Shown: positions 36,905 through 47,149 of the stretch, piece after piece
How positions within the stretch are numbered: position 1 is the stretch's first letter
How the letters are laid out: the number at the start of each line of letters is the position of its first letter
Assembly (NCBI GenBank): GCA_036561505.1
Contig: DATBPE010000176.1
Coordinates: forward strand, 1,941-65,940
DNA from: Solirubrobacteraceae bacterium
GTDB lineage: Bacteria > Actinomycetota > Thermoleophilia > Solirubrobacterales > Solirubrobacteraceae
Length of the DNA: 64,000 nt
Direction: 5' to 3'
Program-made: the position numbers and the translations under genes
Notes under the pieces: model-generated
Told to the model about the DNA's origin: nothing
Database searches by the model: none
What the model saw: the letters and a program-made list of their open reading frames with translations, nothing else

Positions 36905-38328
36905 GCAGCCTGCCGCTCGCCAGCACCTTCCTGCAGGACCAGAGCTTCCTGGACATCCTCTACATCATCGCGTTCGGTCTGTTCATCCAGGGTCTGCGTG
37001 GCCTCTCCGGACCGACGACCGCTGTGCGCGGAAACCGGATCGCCGCTGTCGGCATGGCGATCGCCGTGATCGCCACTTTGCTGAACGTGGACGAGGGCAA
37101 CTGGGCGCTGATCGTGATCGGTGTGGCGCTCGGTACCGCCGTCGGGGTGCCGGCGGCGCGTCAGGTGAAGATGACCGCGATGCCGCAGATGGTGGCGCTG
37201 TTCAACGGTGTCGGCGGCGGCGCCGTGTTCCTGATCTCCTGGTCTGAGTTCCGACTCAGCCATGGCTTCAACGGCACCGCGACATACATCGCGATCTTCT
37301 CGCTGTTCGCCGCGATCGTCGGATCGGTGTCGTTCTGGGGCTCGAACATCGCGTTCGGCAAGCTCCAGGAAATCATCCCCGGCAAGCCGATCACGCTCGG
37401 CTCCTCCCAGCAGTTCGTCAACCTGCTGCTGGCGCTGATCGCAGTGGCGTGCGGTGTGGCGATCGCCGCCGGCGAACACTCCGAAGCGCTGTTCATCGTG
37501 CTGCTGGCCTCGGCGGCGCTACTGGGCAACGCGGTCGTGCTTCCGATCGGCGGGGCGGACATGCCGGTCGTGATCTCGCTGCTGAACGCGTTCACCGGCC
37601 TATCGGCTGCCGCGACGGGGATCGCGCTGAACAACCCCGCGCTGATCGTGGCGGGGATGATCGTCGGCGCGTCCGGCTCGATCCTCACGAACCTGATGGC
37701 CGTCGCGATGAATCGCTCGATCCCAGCGATCATCGCCGGCGGCTTCGGCGGCGGGGGAGCGGTCGAGGGCGCCTCAGGCGCGGGGGAGCACGCCGGCACC
37801 GTCCGCTCCACGAGCGCGGCCGACGCGGCGATTCAGCTGGCCTACGCCAACCGCGTGGTGATCGTGCCCGGGTACGGTATGGCGGTCGCACAGGCCCAGC
37901 ACGCGGTGCGCGAGCTGACCAAGGAGCTCGAGAAACGCCAGGTGGAGGTCAGCTACGCGATCCACCCAGTCGCGGGACGCATGCCCGGGCACATGAACGT
38001 GCTGCTGGCCGAGGCGGACGTGCCGTATGACCAGCTCAAGGAGATGGACGACGCCAACCCCGAGTTCTCCCGCACCGACGTCTCACTTGTGATCGGGGCC
38101 AACGACGTCACCAACCCCGCGGCCAAGAACACGCCGTCCTCACCGATCTACGGGATGCCGATCCTGGAGGTCGCCGACAGCACCTCGGTAATCGTGATCA
38201 AGCGCTCGATGAACCCAGGCTTCGCGGGCATCGAAAACGAGCTCTACTACGACCCCAAGACGACGATGCTGTTCGGGGACGCCAAGTCGGCGGTGAGCGA
38301 GATCACCTCCGAGCTGGGACAACTCTAA
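36901..38328 (+). CDS. pntB: NAD(P) transhydrogenase subunit beta
   Basis: MTAMPQMVALFNG, IGGADMPVVISLLN and HPVAGRMPGHMNVLLAEA motifs. Confidence 0.96.
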   Translation: MSSLPLASTFLQDQSFLDILYIIAFGLFIQGLRGLSGPTTAVRGNRIAAVGMAIAVIATLLNVDEGNWALIVIGVALGTAVGVPAARQVKMTAMPQMVALFNGVGGGAVFLISWSEFRLSHGFNGTATYIAIFSLFAAIVGSVSFWGSNIAFGKLQEIIPGKPITLGSSQQFVNLLLALIAVACGVAIAAGEHSEALFIVLLASAALLGNAVVLPIGGADMPVVISLLNAFTGLSAAATGIALNNPALIVAGMIVGASGSILTNLMAVAMNRSIPAIIAGGFGGGGAVEGASGAGEHAGTVRSTSAADAAIQLAYANRVVIVPGYGMAVAQAQHAVRELTKELEKRQVEVSYAIHPVAGRMPGHMNVLLAEADVPYDQLKEMDDANPEFSRTDVSLVIGANDVTNPAAKNTPSSPIYGMPILEVADSTSVIVIKRSMNPGFAGIENELYYDPKTTMLFGDAKSAVSEITSELGQL

Positions 38329-38412
38329 AACCGGGCACCGCCTCAGGGAAGCCATCGGCCGCCACGGCGCACCGGCGTGCCATCCACTCCCAGACGCCAT
38401 ACTTGTGAAGGT

Positions 38413-39096
38413 ATGAATTCACCGATCCGCGCAGTCACCGCCTTTCTACTCGTTCTAGGGCTGGGGCCCGCAAACGCGCTCGCGGCCGGCGGCGATCAAG
38501 CCGCGACCCGCTCGTATGTCCTTGCCAACTACGCGCTGATGCGCAGCGCGCACACCAAGATCCGCATCGCCGAGGCGAGCATCAGCCAGCTCAACAAGAC
38601 ACTCGGCGAACAGTGCCCGAACGTGGCCGTCAACTCACCCCAGAGCACCGAATCCCAGAAGATGAGCGACGAGGTCGCCGGTGCGCTGTGGTCGATCGTC
38701 TACCACACAGATGTCCTCGCGGTCAACCGGTTCGTCAGCGCCGTACGGCCGCTGCACTGGAGTAACCACAAGCTCACCCGCATCGCCCGCAACTACGCCA
38801 AGAGCCTCGCGCAGCTGGCGAGCCTGCCGATGCCCGACATCTGCGGCGACGTGCGCGCCTGGACCGCCAGCGGCTTCAAGACGATCCCAGCCGCCACCAT
38901 CGTCTTCGATCGGCGCCTGGACGCGATCGGGGCAAGCACGATCCCGGCGCGGCTACTGGAGCCCTACGAGCCGCCGTCACTGAAGAGTCTCGCGCAACGC
39001 GCCTCGCGCCTCGAACTGCAGCTGGAACACATCGAAACGAGCATCGGTTTCAACGACTGGAACCAGATGCTCGAAACACTCGGCCTGAACCAGTAG
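38413..39096 (+). CDS. Hypothetical secreted helical protein
   Basis: Signal peptide ending ANALA; GC-biased third codon positions; no recognised motif. Confidence 0.65.
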   Translation: MNSPIRAVTAFLLVLGLGPANALAAGGDQAATRSYVLANYALMRSAHTKIRIAEASISQLNKTLGEQCPNVAVNSPQSTESQKMSDEVAGALWSIVYHTDVLAVNRFVSAVRPLHWSNHKLTRIARNYAKSLAQLASLPMPDICGDVRAWTASGFKTIPAATIVFDRRLDAIGASTIPARLLEPYEPPSLKSLAQRASRLELQLEHIETSIGFNDWNQMLETLGLNQ

Positions 39097-39166
39097 AGCC
39101 GCCGCCGCGCGGGAGCGCCAGGCCGGGCACGGCTCACCGACGCGACGCTCTGAAAGACTGCCGGTC

Positions 39167-40888
39167 GTGATCGAGCGCTCTCAGGCACTCATGGCGCTGT
39201 CCGGCAACGACTTCGACGTGGTGGTCGTGGGCGGTGGCATCACCGGCGCCGGGGTCGCGCTGGACGCTTCCACACGCGGCTACAGCGTGGCGCTGCTGGA
39301 GCGCGCCGACTACGCCTCCGGCACCTCCAGCCGCTCTAGCAAGCTAGTGCACGGGGGCCTGCGCTACCTGCAGAACTTCGACCTCGGGCTGGTCCGCGAG
39401 GCGCTATTGGAGCGTCAGCTGATGGTGGCGCTGGCGCCGCATCTGGTGCATCCACTGCCGCTGGTGGTACCGGCCTTCGACGGGGCACGCCCGGATCGCC
39501 TGATGGGCGTCGGCCTGAACCTCTATGACGTGATGTCCGTCGATCGTGACCGGCTGCGCTCGCGCCGCGGGCGGCGTGCCCGCTCCGAGCGCGGCGCGGG
39601 GGAGGCCCCACGCCGGGAGCGCACGGGCTCATCCGAGACCGCGGAGTCCTGGAGTCCCGAGCGCCATCGGGTGATCTCCGGTGAGGAAGTCCTCAGCCTG
39701 CTGCCCGCCCTGGCGGCGCGCGAGCCGACCAGCGGCTATCTGTTCTACGACTGCCAGACCGATGACGTGCGGCTCGTGCTGACCGTGCTGGGCGAGGCCG
39801 AGCGCTTCGGCGCGGTCTGCGCCAACCGCGTCGATGTCACCGGCCTGCTCGAGCACGACGGCCACACCCAGGGCGTGCGCGCACTGGACGTAGAGAGCGG
39901 CGCGCAATTCGAGGTGCGTGCCGCGAACGTCGTCAACGCCACCGGGGTTTGGGCCGACGAGCTGCGCCCCAACGAGCTGCGCGAGGCGGAGCTGCCCCGC
40001 ATCCGTCCCAGCCGCGGCACTCACATAACCCTCGACCACGACGACCTGCCGCTGGTGGGTGGCGCGATCGTTCCGGCGGGCGCCGGACGCACGATCTTCG
40101 CGCTGCCGTGGCTCGGCCGCACGCTGGTCGGAACCACCGATAACGACTACGAGGGTGAGCTCACGCACATAGCGCCCTCAGCCGAGGACATCGACTATCT
40201 GCTCAGTGCAGTCAACGAGTTCTTCGCCAGCGCCATCTCGCCACAGCAGATCACCGGTGCGTTCGCGGGTGTCCGCCCGCTGATCTCAACAGGCGACCCC
40301 AAGAAGTCGGTGGACATCTCACGCAAGGCGGAGCTGTATGAGACCTCCAGTGGGATGATCACGATCACCGGCGGCAAGCTGACCACCTGGCGGCGCATGG
40401 CCAAGCTGGCCGTCGACCGGCTGGTCGAGCGCGAAGCCCGCGACGCTCCCTGCCGCACGCACGAGATACCGCTCGGCCAGGCTGTCGCCGTCGAGGAGTT
40501 GCCGCGCGTGGAGGGTGTGCCGGAGGAGTCCTACGCGGCGCTGGCCGCGCGCTACGGCTACGCCGCGCACGAGGTTCTGGGCCTGGCGGCCGAGCGCGGA
40601 GAGCTCGCGCAGCCGATCGTGCCCGGTCTGCCCGATCTGCTGGCCGAGGCCGTGCTGGCGGCTCGTCGCGAGCAGGCCCGCGGAGTGGGCGACGTGTTGC
40701 TGCGACGCACCAGGCTGGGACTGCTCGCCGCCGGCGATCTCGACGGCGGCGATCCCCTCGGCGCGGTGCGGCTGGTGGCTGACGTGATGGCGCGTGAGCT
40801 GGGCTGGGACGCCGAGCGGGCCGGTCTCGAGATCGCGCGCTTTGAAAGCGAAGCTCGAGCGGAGGGGATCGCCGGTGTGCCCGGCTGA
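39167..40888 (+). CDS. glpD: FAD-dependent glycerol-3-phosphate dehydrogenase/oxidase
   Basis: GGGITGAG, GTSSRSSKLVHGGLRYL, AGVRPL and GGKLTTWR motifs. Confidence 0.9.
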   Translation: MIERSQALMALSGNDFDVVVVGGGITGAGVALDASTRGYSVALLERADYASGTSSRSSKLVHGGLRYLQNFDLGLVREALLERQLMVALAPHLVHPLPLVVPAFDGARPDRLMGVGLNLYDVMSVDRDRLRSRRGRRARSERGAGEAPRRERTGSSETAESWSPERHRVISGEEVLSLLPALAAREPTSGYLFYDCQTDDVRLVLTVLGEAERFGAVCANRVDVTGLLEHDGHTQGVRALDVESGAQFEVRAANVVNATGVWADELRPNELREAELPRIRPSRGTHITLDHDDLPLVGGAIVPAGAGRTIFALPWLGRTLVGTTDNDYEGELTHIAPSAEDIDYLLSAVNEFFASAISPQQITGAFAGVRPLISTGDPKKSVDISRKAELYETSSGMITITGGKLTTWRRMAKLAVDRLVEREARDAPCRTHEIPLGQAVAVEELPRVEGVPEESYAALAARYGYAAHEVLGLAAERGELAQPIVPGLPDLLAEAVLAARREQARGVGDVLLRRTRLGLLAAGDLDGGDPLGAVRLVADVMARELGWDAERAGLEIARFESEARAEGIAGVPG

Positions 40889-41001
40889 CCGGTTCGCCCG
40901 CCCCGCGCGCTAGTCTTGCTCGGGCCCTCACGGGTGCCGGCTGCTGCTCAACGCAGCTGGATGCTGACCACCCCACCAGACACCGAAAGGCAGAGACTGA
41001 C

Positions 41002-42309
41002 ATGACCGTGTTCGAGCCCTCCGAGCTTCAGGCGAGCCCCCTCTCCGACCTGCACGCGATCGCCGACCAACTGGGACTCGATGGCTATCGCAAACTGCGC
41101 AAGGAGGAGCTGATCGAGGCGATCATCTCCCGCTCAAAGCCCTCAGATGAGACATCGGAGGACTCAGAGCACGGCGACGGTGCCCAGCGTCGGCGGCGCT
41201 ACATCCGCCCCGGGCGCTTCAAATCCCCAGACCGCGAGGCCGAGGAGCCATCCAAAGACGAGCCGGCGAGCAAGGAGCGGCCGGCGAGCAAGGAGCAGCC
41301 GGCAAGCAAGGCACAGCCGTCGCGCAAGGAACAGCCGTCGCGCAAACCGGCCAGAGAGCCCGCCAAACAGGCCGCCAAAGAACCCGCCAAGCAGCCCGCC
41401 GCGGAGGATCGGGTGGCCGAGGGTGTGGTGGAGCTACTCGGCAACGGCTCGGCGTTCCTGCGAGTCACCCCGCCGGAGGCCTCTGATGAGGACGTATACA
41501 TCTCCGCGGCTCAGGTCCGCCGCTGCGAGCTGGTCTCCGGCGACAAGGTGACCGGGCCGGTGCGCACCCCGAGACGCTCAGAGCGCTACCCATCGCTGGT
41601 GCGGGTGGACACGATCAACGGCTCCTCCGCCGACACGGTCGCCGACGGTCCCCGCTTCGAGGATATGCCGGCCTCCTACCCCTCCGAGCGGCTACAGATG
41701 AACTCCGAGGACCCGACACTGAAGGCGATCGAATGGCTCACACCGATCGGCAGGGGTTCGCGGGCGGTCATCGTTGGCGCCTCCCGCGCCGGCAAGACCG
41801 AGACGCTGCGACGGATCCTCGGCGCGCTCAGCTCGACTGAGAAACTCGAGGTGCTCGTGGTGGCACTCGGACTGCGCCCCGAGGAGCTCAGCGAGTTCCG
41901 GGAGGGCCCGGTCGCCCCGGTGGCGGCGCTCAGCTTCGCGACCTCCGCGGACTCCCAGGGGCAGGCCCTTGATCGCGCGATGGAGACCGCCAAGCGCATC
42001 GCCGTTCGCGGCGGCGACGCGCTCGTGCTGATCGACACGCTCGACGGGCTCCATCCCACCACAGCACGCAAGGCGCTTGCCTGCGCACGCAACCTCACCG
42101 CCAGCGGCACACTGACGGTGATCGCGACAGCCAGCAGCTCCTTCGGAGGGGAGACGACGGTGATCGCACTGGACGTGGCGCTGACGAGCACCGGGCGGCT
42201 GCCGGCGATCGACCTGCTCTCGAGCGGCACCCTGAAGGCCGAGCTCCTGGTCGGTGAGGACGGCGCGAACGCGATCGCCCAGGCGCGCGCCAACGCCCTG
42301 GTGCAGTAG
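41002..42309 (+). CDS. Rho-like protein: Rho N-terminal and RNA-binding domains plus a degenerate ATPase domain
   Basis: LRKEELIEAI, DVYISAAQVRR..L.SGD, PIGRGSR, AGKT, RPEE and ARNL motifs; several canonical motor motifs are missing. Confidence 0.8.
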   Translation: MTVFEPSELQASPLSDLHAIADQLGLDGYRKLRKEELIEAIISRSKPSDETSEDSEHGDGAQRRRRYIRPGRFKSPDREAEEPSKDEPASKERPASKEQPASKAQPSRKEQPSRKPAREPAKQAAKEPAKQPAAEDRVAEGVVELLGNGSAFLRVTPPEASDEDVYISAAQVRRCELVSGDKVTGPVRTPRRSERYPSLVRVDTINGSSADTVADGPRFEDMPASYPSERLQMNSEDPTLKAIEWLTPIGRGSRAVIVGASRAGKTETLRRILGALSSTEKLEVLVVALGLRPEELSEFREGPVAPVAALSFATSADSQGQALDRAMETAKRIAVRGGDALVLIDTLDGLHPTTARKALACARNLTASGTLTVIATASSSFGGETTVIALDVALTSTGRLPAIDLLSSGTLKAELLVGEDGANAIAQARANALVQ

Positions 42310-42323
42310 CGGCTAAACCGGTT

Positions 42324-42785
42324 TCAGCGCCGGTAGGCTACCCGGCCCCAGGAGGGCTCGGGGGAGAGCTCGATCGTTTCCCCGTCACGGTCGGGTTGCA
42401 CGTAGGAGAAGCTGCCGGTCGTCTCGATGAACGCGACTTCCAGCTCACCCTCGTTGACCCTCTGATCGAGCCACGCTCCACGGAAGACCAGCCGGCGCAG
42501 CCAGTGCACCAGCGACCGTTCCGCCGGCCCCACGATCTCCGGCCAGCAGTCGTTGACGTGCTCGCCGAGCGCCGAAGCGGGATCGGAGATCTCGCCGTTT
42601 ACGACGAGATTGACCAGATCCTCCAGCTCGTCCTCGCCCAGGCGCCCGCCGACGAATCCGAGCCGCAGCGCCGCCTGCTCGCAGCGCTCTGAGAAGTCGC
42701 ACTCGTTGAAGGTGAAGCGCAGCTCGCCGTACTCCAAGACGAAGTCATCACCAGAGTCGTAGTTTCCGCGGCGGGTCTGTTGCAT
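42324..42785 (-). CDS. Hypothetical protein
   Basis: Acidic 153-aa ORF with globular-looking composition filling the gap between two + strand genes. Confidence 0.7.
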   Translation of the reverse strand: MQQTRRGNYDSGDDFVLEYGELRFTFNECDFSERCEQAALRLGFVGGRLGEDELEDLVNLVVNGEISDPASALGEHVNDCWPEIVGPAERSLVHWLRRLVFRGAWLDQRVNEGELEVAFIETTGSFSYVQPDRDGETIELSPEPSWGRVAYRR

Positions 42786-42933
42786 AGGTCGCTAAAAAGG
42801 GTAGGGGAAAATGGCCGTCGGCATCATATGCCGGGTTCCTCCAAGGCGATCGGTGATGCACGGGTTCTTGCACCCAAGCGAGCCGGCGCCGATCGACGTC
42901 CTGCCGGCGCCGGCATATACGCTGCTGCGCTAG

Positions 42934-44844
42934 ATGGCACGCCTGACCCAACACGGACTGCGGCGCGTGCTCGGCACAAGCGCCCTGTTCTCCACAGCCT
43001 ACGGCAACGTCGGCTCCTCGATCTACTACGCGCTGGGACTGGTCGCCTCCTACGCGCTCGGACTGACCCCGATCGTCTTTTTGATCACAGGAGTGATCTT
43101 CTACCTGACGGCCGCCACCTACGCCGAGGCGACAGCGATGTATCCCGAGGCGGGCGGCTCCTCCAGCTTCGCGCGCCACGCCTTCAACGAGTTCTGGTCG
43201 TTCTTCGCGGCCTGGGCGCAGATGCTCAACTACACGATCACGATCGCGATCTCGGCGTTCTTCGTGCCGCACTACATCGGTGGCCTGTTCTGGCCGGCGC
43301 TCGAACACGGCCCCGGGGACGTGCTGTTCGGGATCGGGGCGGTGATCGTGCTCTCGCTCGTGAACGTCGTCGGCGTCAAGGAGGCCGCCGGCCTGAACAT
43401 CGTGCTGGCACTGACGGACTTCGCCACCCAGCTGCTGCTGGTCGCGGTCGGGATCGCGCTGGTGCTCTCCCCGCACGTCCTGCTCGCAAACGTGCACCTC
43501 GGTGTCGCCCCGAGCTGGAAGGATTTCCTGATCGCGATCCCGATCGGCATGATCGCCTACACCGGGATCGAGACGATCTCCAACATGGCCGAGGAGGCCC
43601 GCGACGAGACCAAAACGGTCCCGCGGGCGATCAAATTCGTCGTCATCGCCGTGTTCGCGATCTACGCGGCACTACCGATGGTCGCCCTCTCGGCGCTACC
43701 GGTGCACAAGGAAGCCGACGGCAAATACAGCACGCTGCTCGGCAAGAGCGAGGCCCACGGCGGCTTCGCGGGCGACCCCGTGCTCGGAATCGTCAAGCAC
43801 CTGCACCTAGGTGCCCTACAGAGCGCCGGGGAGATCTATGTCGGGTTGCTCGCCGCCACGATCCTGTTCATCGCCGCCAACGCCGGCATCATCGGTGTCT
43901 CGCGCCTGGTCTACTCGATGGGCCTGCACCGCCAGCTTCCCGATCGGCTCGGCCGCCTGCATCCACGCTTCTCCACACCGTGGATCGGGATCCTCCTGTT
44001 CGGAGGGATCGCCTGCCTGACGATCATCCCGGGCAAGGCCGAATTCCTGGGCAACATGTACGCGTTCGGGGCGATGCTGTCGTTCACGATCGCTCACCTG
44101 GCGGTGATCCGTCTGCGCATCAAGGCGCCCGAGCAGCCGCGCCCCTACCGCGGGCCGGGCACACTGCGCATTGCCGGACGGGAGCTGCCGCTGTTCGCGC
44201 TGCTGGGGGTGCTAGGCACGGGCCTGGCGTTCGTCACGGTCACGCTCCTGCATCTGGACGTCGCGGTCGCCGGCGTGATCTGGCTGGCGCTCGGAATCGC
44301 CGTGTATGTCCTCTACCGCCACCGTCAGGGACTGGATCTGCGCAGCACCGCCAAAGTCGACCGTCCCGAGCGTCCCGCTGACTTTCAGGCGCTCGAGTAT
44401 CGCACCGCGCTGGTGCCGATCTTCGGCGGCGACGTGAGCGCCGCGACGCTCGGCAGCGCCGCGAAGCTGGTCGGCGAGAGCGGGGTCATATACGCGGTGT
44501 TCGTGCTGCTGGTGCCGAGCCAGCTGTCCCTGGAAGCGGGCCTCGAGGACGAGGAGGCGCACGGACGCTCGGTGCTAGAGAGCGCACGGATCAAGGCACG
44601 CCGCGCGGGGCTGCGAGTGCACACCGGCCTGATCCGCACGCGCCATCCCGGCGCCTCGCTGGTGGCGGAGGCCGAACGGGTCAAGGCCGACGTGATCTAC
44701 TGGTCCACGTTGCACGCGCCCTCCGGAGAGCAGCGCATCGGCCCGACAGCCACCTATCTGCTCTCAAAGCGTCCCTGCCGTGTGATCATCGAGACCGAGA
44801 CCTATGCGGGCCCCACGGGCGAGCGCTCACCGGTCCTGGTCTGA
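42934..44844 (+). CDS. APC-family permease with C-terminal USP-like domain (copy 1)
   Basis: YGNVGSSIYYALG, PEAGGS and YTGIETISNMAEE motifs; C-terminal TALVPIFG...RPCRVII. Confidence 0.9.
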   Translation: MARLTQHGLRRVLGTSALFSTAYGNVGSSIYYALGLVASYALGLTPIVFLITGVIFYLTAATYAEATAMYPEAGGSSSFARHAFNEFWSFFAAWAQMLNYTITIAISAFFVPHYIGGLFWPALEHGPGDVLFGIGAVIVLSLVNVVGVKEAAGLNIVLALTDFATQLLLVAVGIALVLSPHVLLANVHLGVAPSWKDFLIAIPIGMIAYTGIETISNMAEEARDETKTVPRAIKFVVIAVFAIYAALPMVALSALPVHKEADGKYSTLLGKSEAHGGFAGDPVLGIVKHLHLGALQSAGEIYVGLLAATILFIAANAGIIGVSRLVYSMGLHRQLPDRLGRLHPRFSTPWIGILLFGGIACLTIIPGKAEFLGNMYAFGAMLSFTIAHLAVIRLRIKAPEQPRPYRGPGTLRIAGRELPLFALLGVLGTGLAFVTVTLLHLDVAVAGVIWLALGIAVYVLYRHRQGLDLRSTAKVDRPERPADFQALEYRTALVPIFGGDVSAATLGSAAKLVGESGVIYAVFVLLVPSQLSLEAGLEDEEAHGRSVLESARIKARRAGLRVHTGLIRTRHPGASLVAEAERVKADVIYWSTLHAPSGEQRIGPTATYLLSKRPCRVIIETETYAGPTGERSPVLV

Positions 44845-44894
44845 TTCTCCAACCCAGGAGAGGGTGCTGGCACACTTCTTGAGATGGTTTGAGT

Positions 44895-46349
44895 ATGAGC
44901 TCCGCGACGCTCTCCCCGCTGCTGTTGAAATCCGAGCGCCCCGCGCGCACGACCGGTGTGCTGGTCGCCCTCGCGAGCGTGACCGCCGCGACGCTCGTGA
45001 TCTACCCGCTCAAGCAGGTCACCCCCGTGCTTTCGCTGGGCGTGCTGTACGTGCTGGCGGTGCTGGTGGTGGCGATGTTCTGGGGGCTGGCGCTCGGAAT
45101 CGCCACCAGTGTCCTGAGCGCCGCGGCCTTCAACTTCTTTCACCTGCCGCCGGTCGACCGTTTCGCGCTGAACGACCAACGCGACTGGGCCGCGCTGTTG
45201 GCGTTCGTAGCGGTCGCCGTCGCCACCGGACTGCTCGCCGAACTCGCACGGCTGCGTAGCCGCGAGGCCGAACAGCGCCGCCAGGAGGCCGACCTGGCAT
45301 CCGAGATGGCCCAGCTACTGCTCGGCGGCGAGGACCTGGAGGGCGTCCTCGACCTCGCCGCCCAGCGCCTGGCCGCCGTCGTGGGCGCCACAAGCGCGCA
45401 GATCTCGCTGACTCAACTGGACGCTGACGGCCATTCGATTGCCTTCACCCTGCAGAGCGCCGGCAGGGCGATCGGGACGCTGCTGCTCGCCGGCACACCC
45501 TCGAGCGCCGAACGGGCCCGCATCGCCACGCGTATCGTGCCGCTGCTGGAGTCGATCCTCGCCGCCGCGCTGCACCGCGCCGAACTGCAAGCCGAGGTGG
45601 TGGAGACAGCCGCGCTCAGACGCAGCGACGAGCTCAAGACAGCCGTCCTGCGCTCGGTCTCCCACGACCTGCGCACACCGCTGACAGCGATCCTGATGGC
45701 AGCCACCGCGCTCGACCCGCAAGCGCCCACCAGCGAGAATGTCGGGGACGTACGCGAGCAGGTGATCGACGCCGCAACGCGGCTGTGGCGTCTGATCGAG
45801 AAGCTGCTCGATCTGTCGGTGCTGCAGGCCGGCCACGCCGAGCCACGGCTGGTGTGGTACTCGATCGACGAGGTTCTGCAGGAGGCCGTCGAGCAGACAG
45901 GCACCGACGCCGCCCTGTTCAAGCTCTCAGTCCAGCAGGGAATGCCGCTGCTGCAGGGCGATCCAGCCCAACTGGAGCGAGCCTTCGCCAACGTGCTGGA
46001 GAACGCCGCACGCTACTGCAGCGAGAAACCCGTGTCGGTAAGGGCGCGAACCGTGCGCGACCGGATCCGGGTGCTGATCGTCGACCAGGGGCCGGGCATC
46101 GCCCCAAGCGAGCAGGAGCGCATCTTCCTGCCCTTCTATCGCACGCCCTCCTCTCAGCCCGATCACGCGGGATCCGGGCTGGGCCTGGCGATCACCAGAG
46201 GCTTTCTGGAGCTCAACGGCGGACGCATCAGCGTCGAGTCGCTACCCGGACACGGCACCAGCTTCGTCGTGGAGTTCCCGCTCGTGACGCAGGACCCCGC
46301 GCTCCTCTCGACGCGGTCCACGAGCAACGGAGCGGCCGATGGCCAATGA
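44895..46349 (+). CDS. KdpD-like sensor histidine kinase (DUF4118 membrane domain + HisKA/HATPase, no KdpD N-terminal domain)
   Basis: Four TMs with FNFFHLPP; SVSHDLRTPLT, NVLENA, DQGPGI and GSGLGLAI motifs. Confidence 0.88.
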   Translation: MSSATLSPLLLKSERPARTTGVLVALASVTAATLVIYPLKQVTPVLSLGVLYVLAVLVVAMFWGLALGIATSVLSAAAFNFFHLPPVDRFALNDQRDWAALLAFVAVAVATGLLAELARLRSREAEQRRQEADLASEMAQLLLGGEDLEGVLDLAAQRLAAVVGATSAQISLTQLDADGHSIAFTLQSAGRAIGTLLLAGTPSSAERARIATRIVPLLESILAAALHRAELQAEVVETAALRRSDELKTAVLRSVSHDLRTPLTAILMAATALDPQAPTSENVGDVREQVIDAATRLWRLIEKLLDLSVLQAGHAEPRLVWYSIDEVLQEAVEQTGTDAALFKLSVQQGMPLLQGDPAQLERAFANVLENAARYCSEKPVSVRARTVRDRIRVLIVDQGPGIAPSEQERIFLPFYRTPSSQPDHAGSGLGLAITRGFLELNGGRISVESLPGHGTSFVVEFPLVTQDPALLSTRSTSNGAADGQ

Positions 46350-47019
46350 GCGGATCCTCGTCTGCGACGACGACGCGCAGATCCGCCGGGCGCTGAATTT
46401 GATCCTGCGCGACGCCGGCTACGAGGTGCGGATCGCCGCCACAGTCGAGGAGGCGCTCGACCGCGCCGCCGTCGACGGCCCGCACCTGGCGATCATCGAC
46501 CTGCTGCTCCCCGACCAGCACGGGATCGAGCTGTGCCGGCGCCTGCGCGAGTGGACCGAGATACCGATCCTGATCCTCTCAGCGATCGGCGACGAGCAGA
46601 CGAAGATCGACGCGCTGCACCAGGGCGCCGATGACTATGTCACCAAGCCCTTCGGCCCCGGGGAGCTGGTCGCCCGGGTGAACGCCGCGCTGCGTCGCGC
46701 CGGTCGCGATCCGAGTGAGCCCCGCGTCGAAGTCGACGGGCTGATCGTCGATCTGGCAGCGCACTCGGTGTCGCTCGACGGAATCGATGTCCACCTCACA
46801 CCGACGGAGTTCTCGCTGCTGCGCTTCCTATTGCTCAACCGGGGACTACTGATGACCCATCGCCAGCTTCTGATCGAGGTCTGGGGACCCGAGTATGCCG
46901 ACGCCACCCCAGTGCTGCGAACGCACATCGCCAACCTGCGCAGCAAGCTCCAGGCCGACGGGCGCCAACGGCGCCTGATCCGCACCGACTCGGGCATCGG
47001 ATACCGCTTCAGTGCCTGA
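46339..47019 (+). CDS. KdpE-like OmpR-family response regulator
   Basis: ILVCDDD, DLLLPD, GADDYVTKPF, HRQLL.EVWGPEY and GIGYRF motifs. Confidence 0.9.
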   Translation: MANERILVCDDDAQIRRALNLILRDAGYEVRIAATVEEALDRAAVDGPHLAIIDLLLPDQHGIELCRRLREWTEIPILILSAIGDEQTKIDALHQGADDYVTKPFGPGELVARVNAALRRAGRDPSEPRVEVDGLIVDLAAHSVSLDGIDVHLTPTEFSLLRFLLLNRGLLMTHRQLLIEVWGPEYADATPVLRTHIANLRSKLQADGRQRRLIRTDSGIGYRFSA

Positions 47020-47033
47020 AGCGAACAGCTCGA

Positions 47034-47083
47034 TCTTTGCGAAATCTAAATGTCTTAGGCGCAATCCTTGATACGTCCTTGAT
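47034..47083 (+). promoter_or_regulatory. Putative OmpR/KdpE-type direct-repeat operator
   Basis: TCCTTGAT at 47065 and 47076 (11 bp period), preceded by weaker TCTTTGC/TCTAAAT at 47034/47045, in an AT-rich spacer. Confidence 0.55.
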
Positions 47084-47149
47084 GGGGAGAGACCTAGCCT
47101 AAAAGGTGTGAAAATCAAGCCCCGAGTCCACCATCGGGACCGGCGCTAG

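Noticed and set aside
35289-37479. Long antisense ORFs opposite pntAB, and similar ones opposite rsmH, murE/F and virB4
   Set aside because: They mirror well-identified genes, carry no motifs, and are expected from high-GC codon bias.
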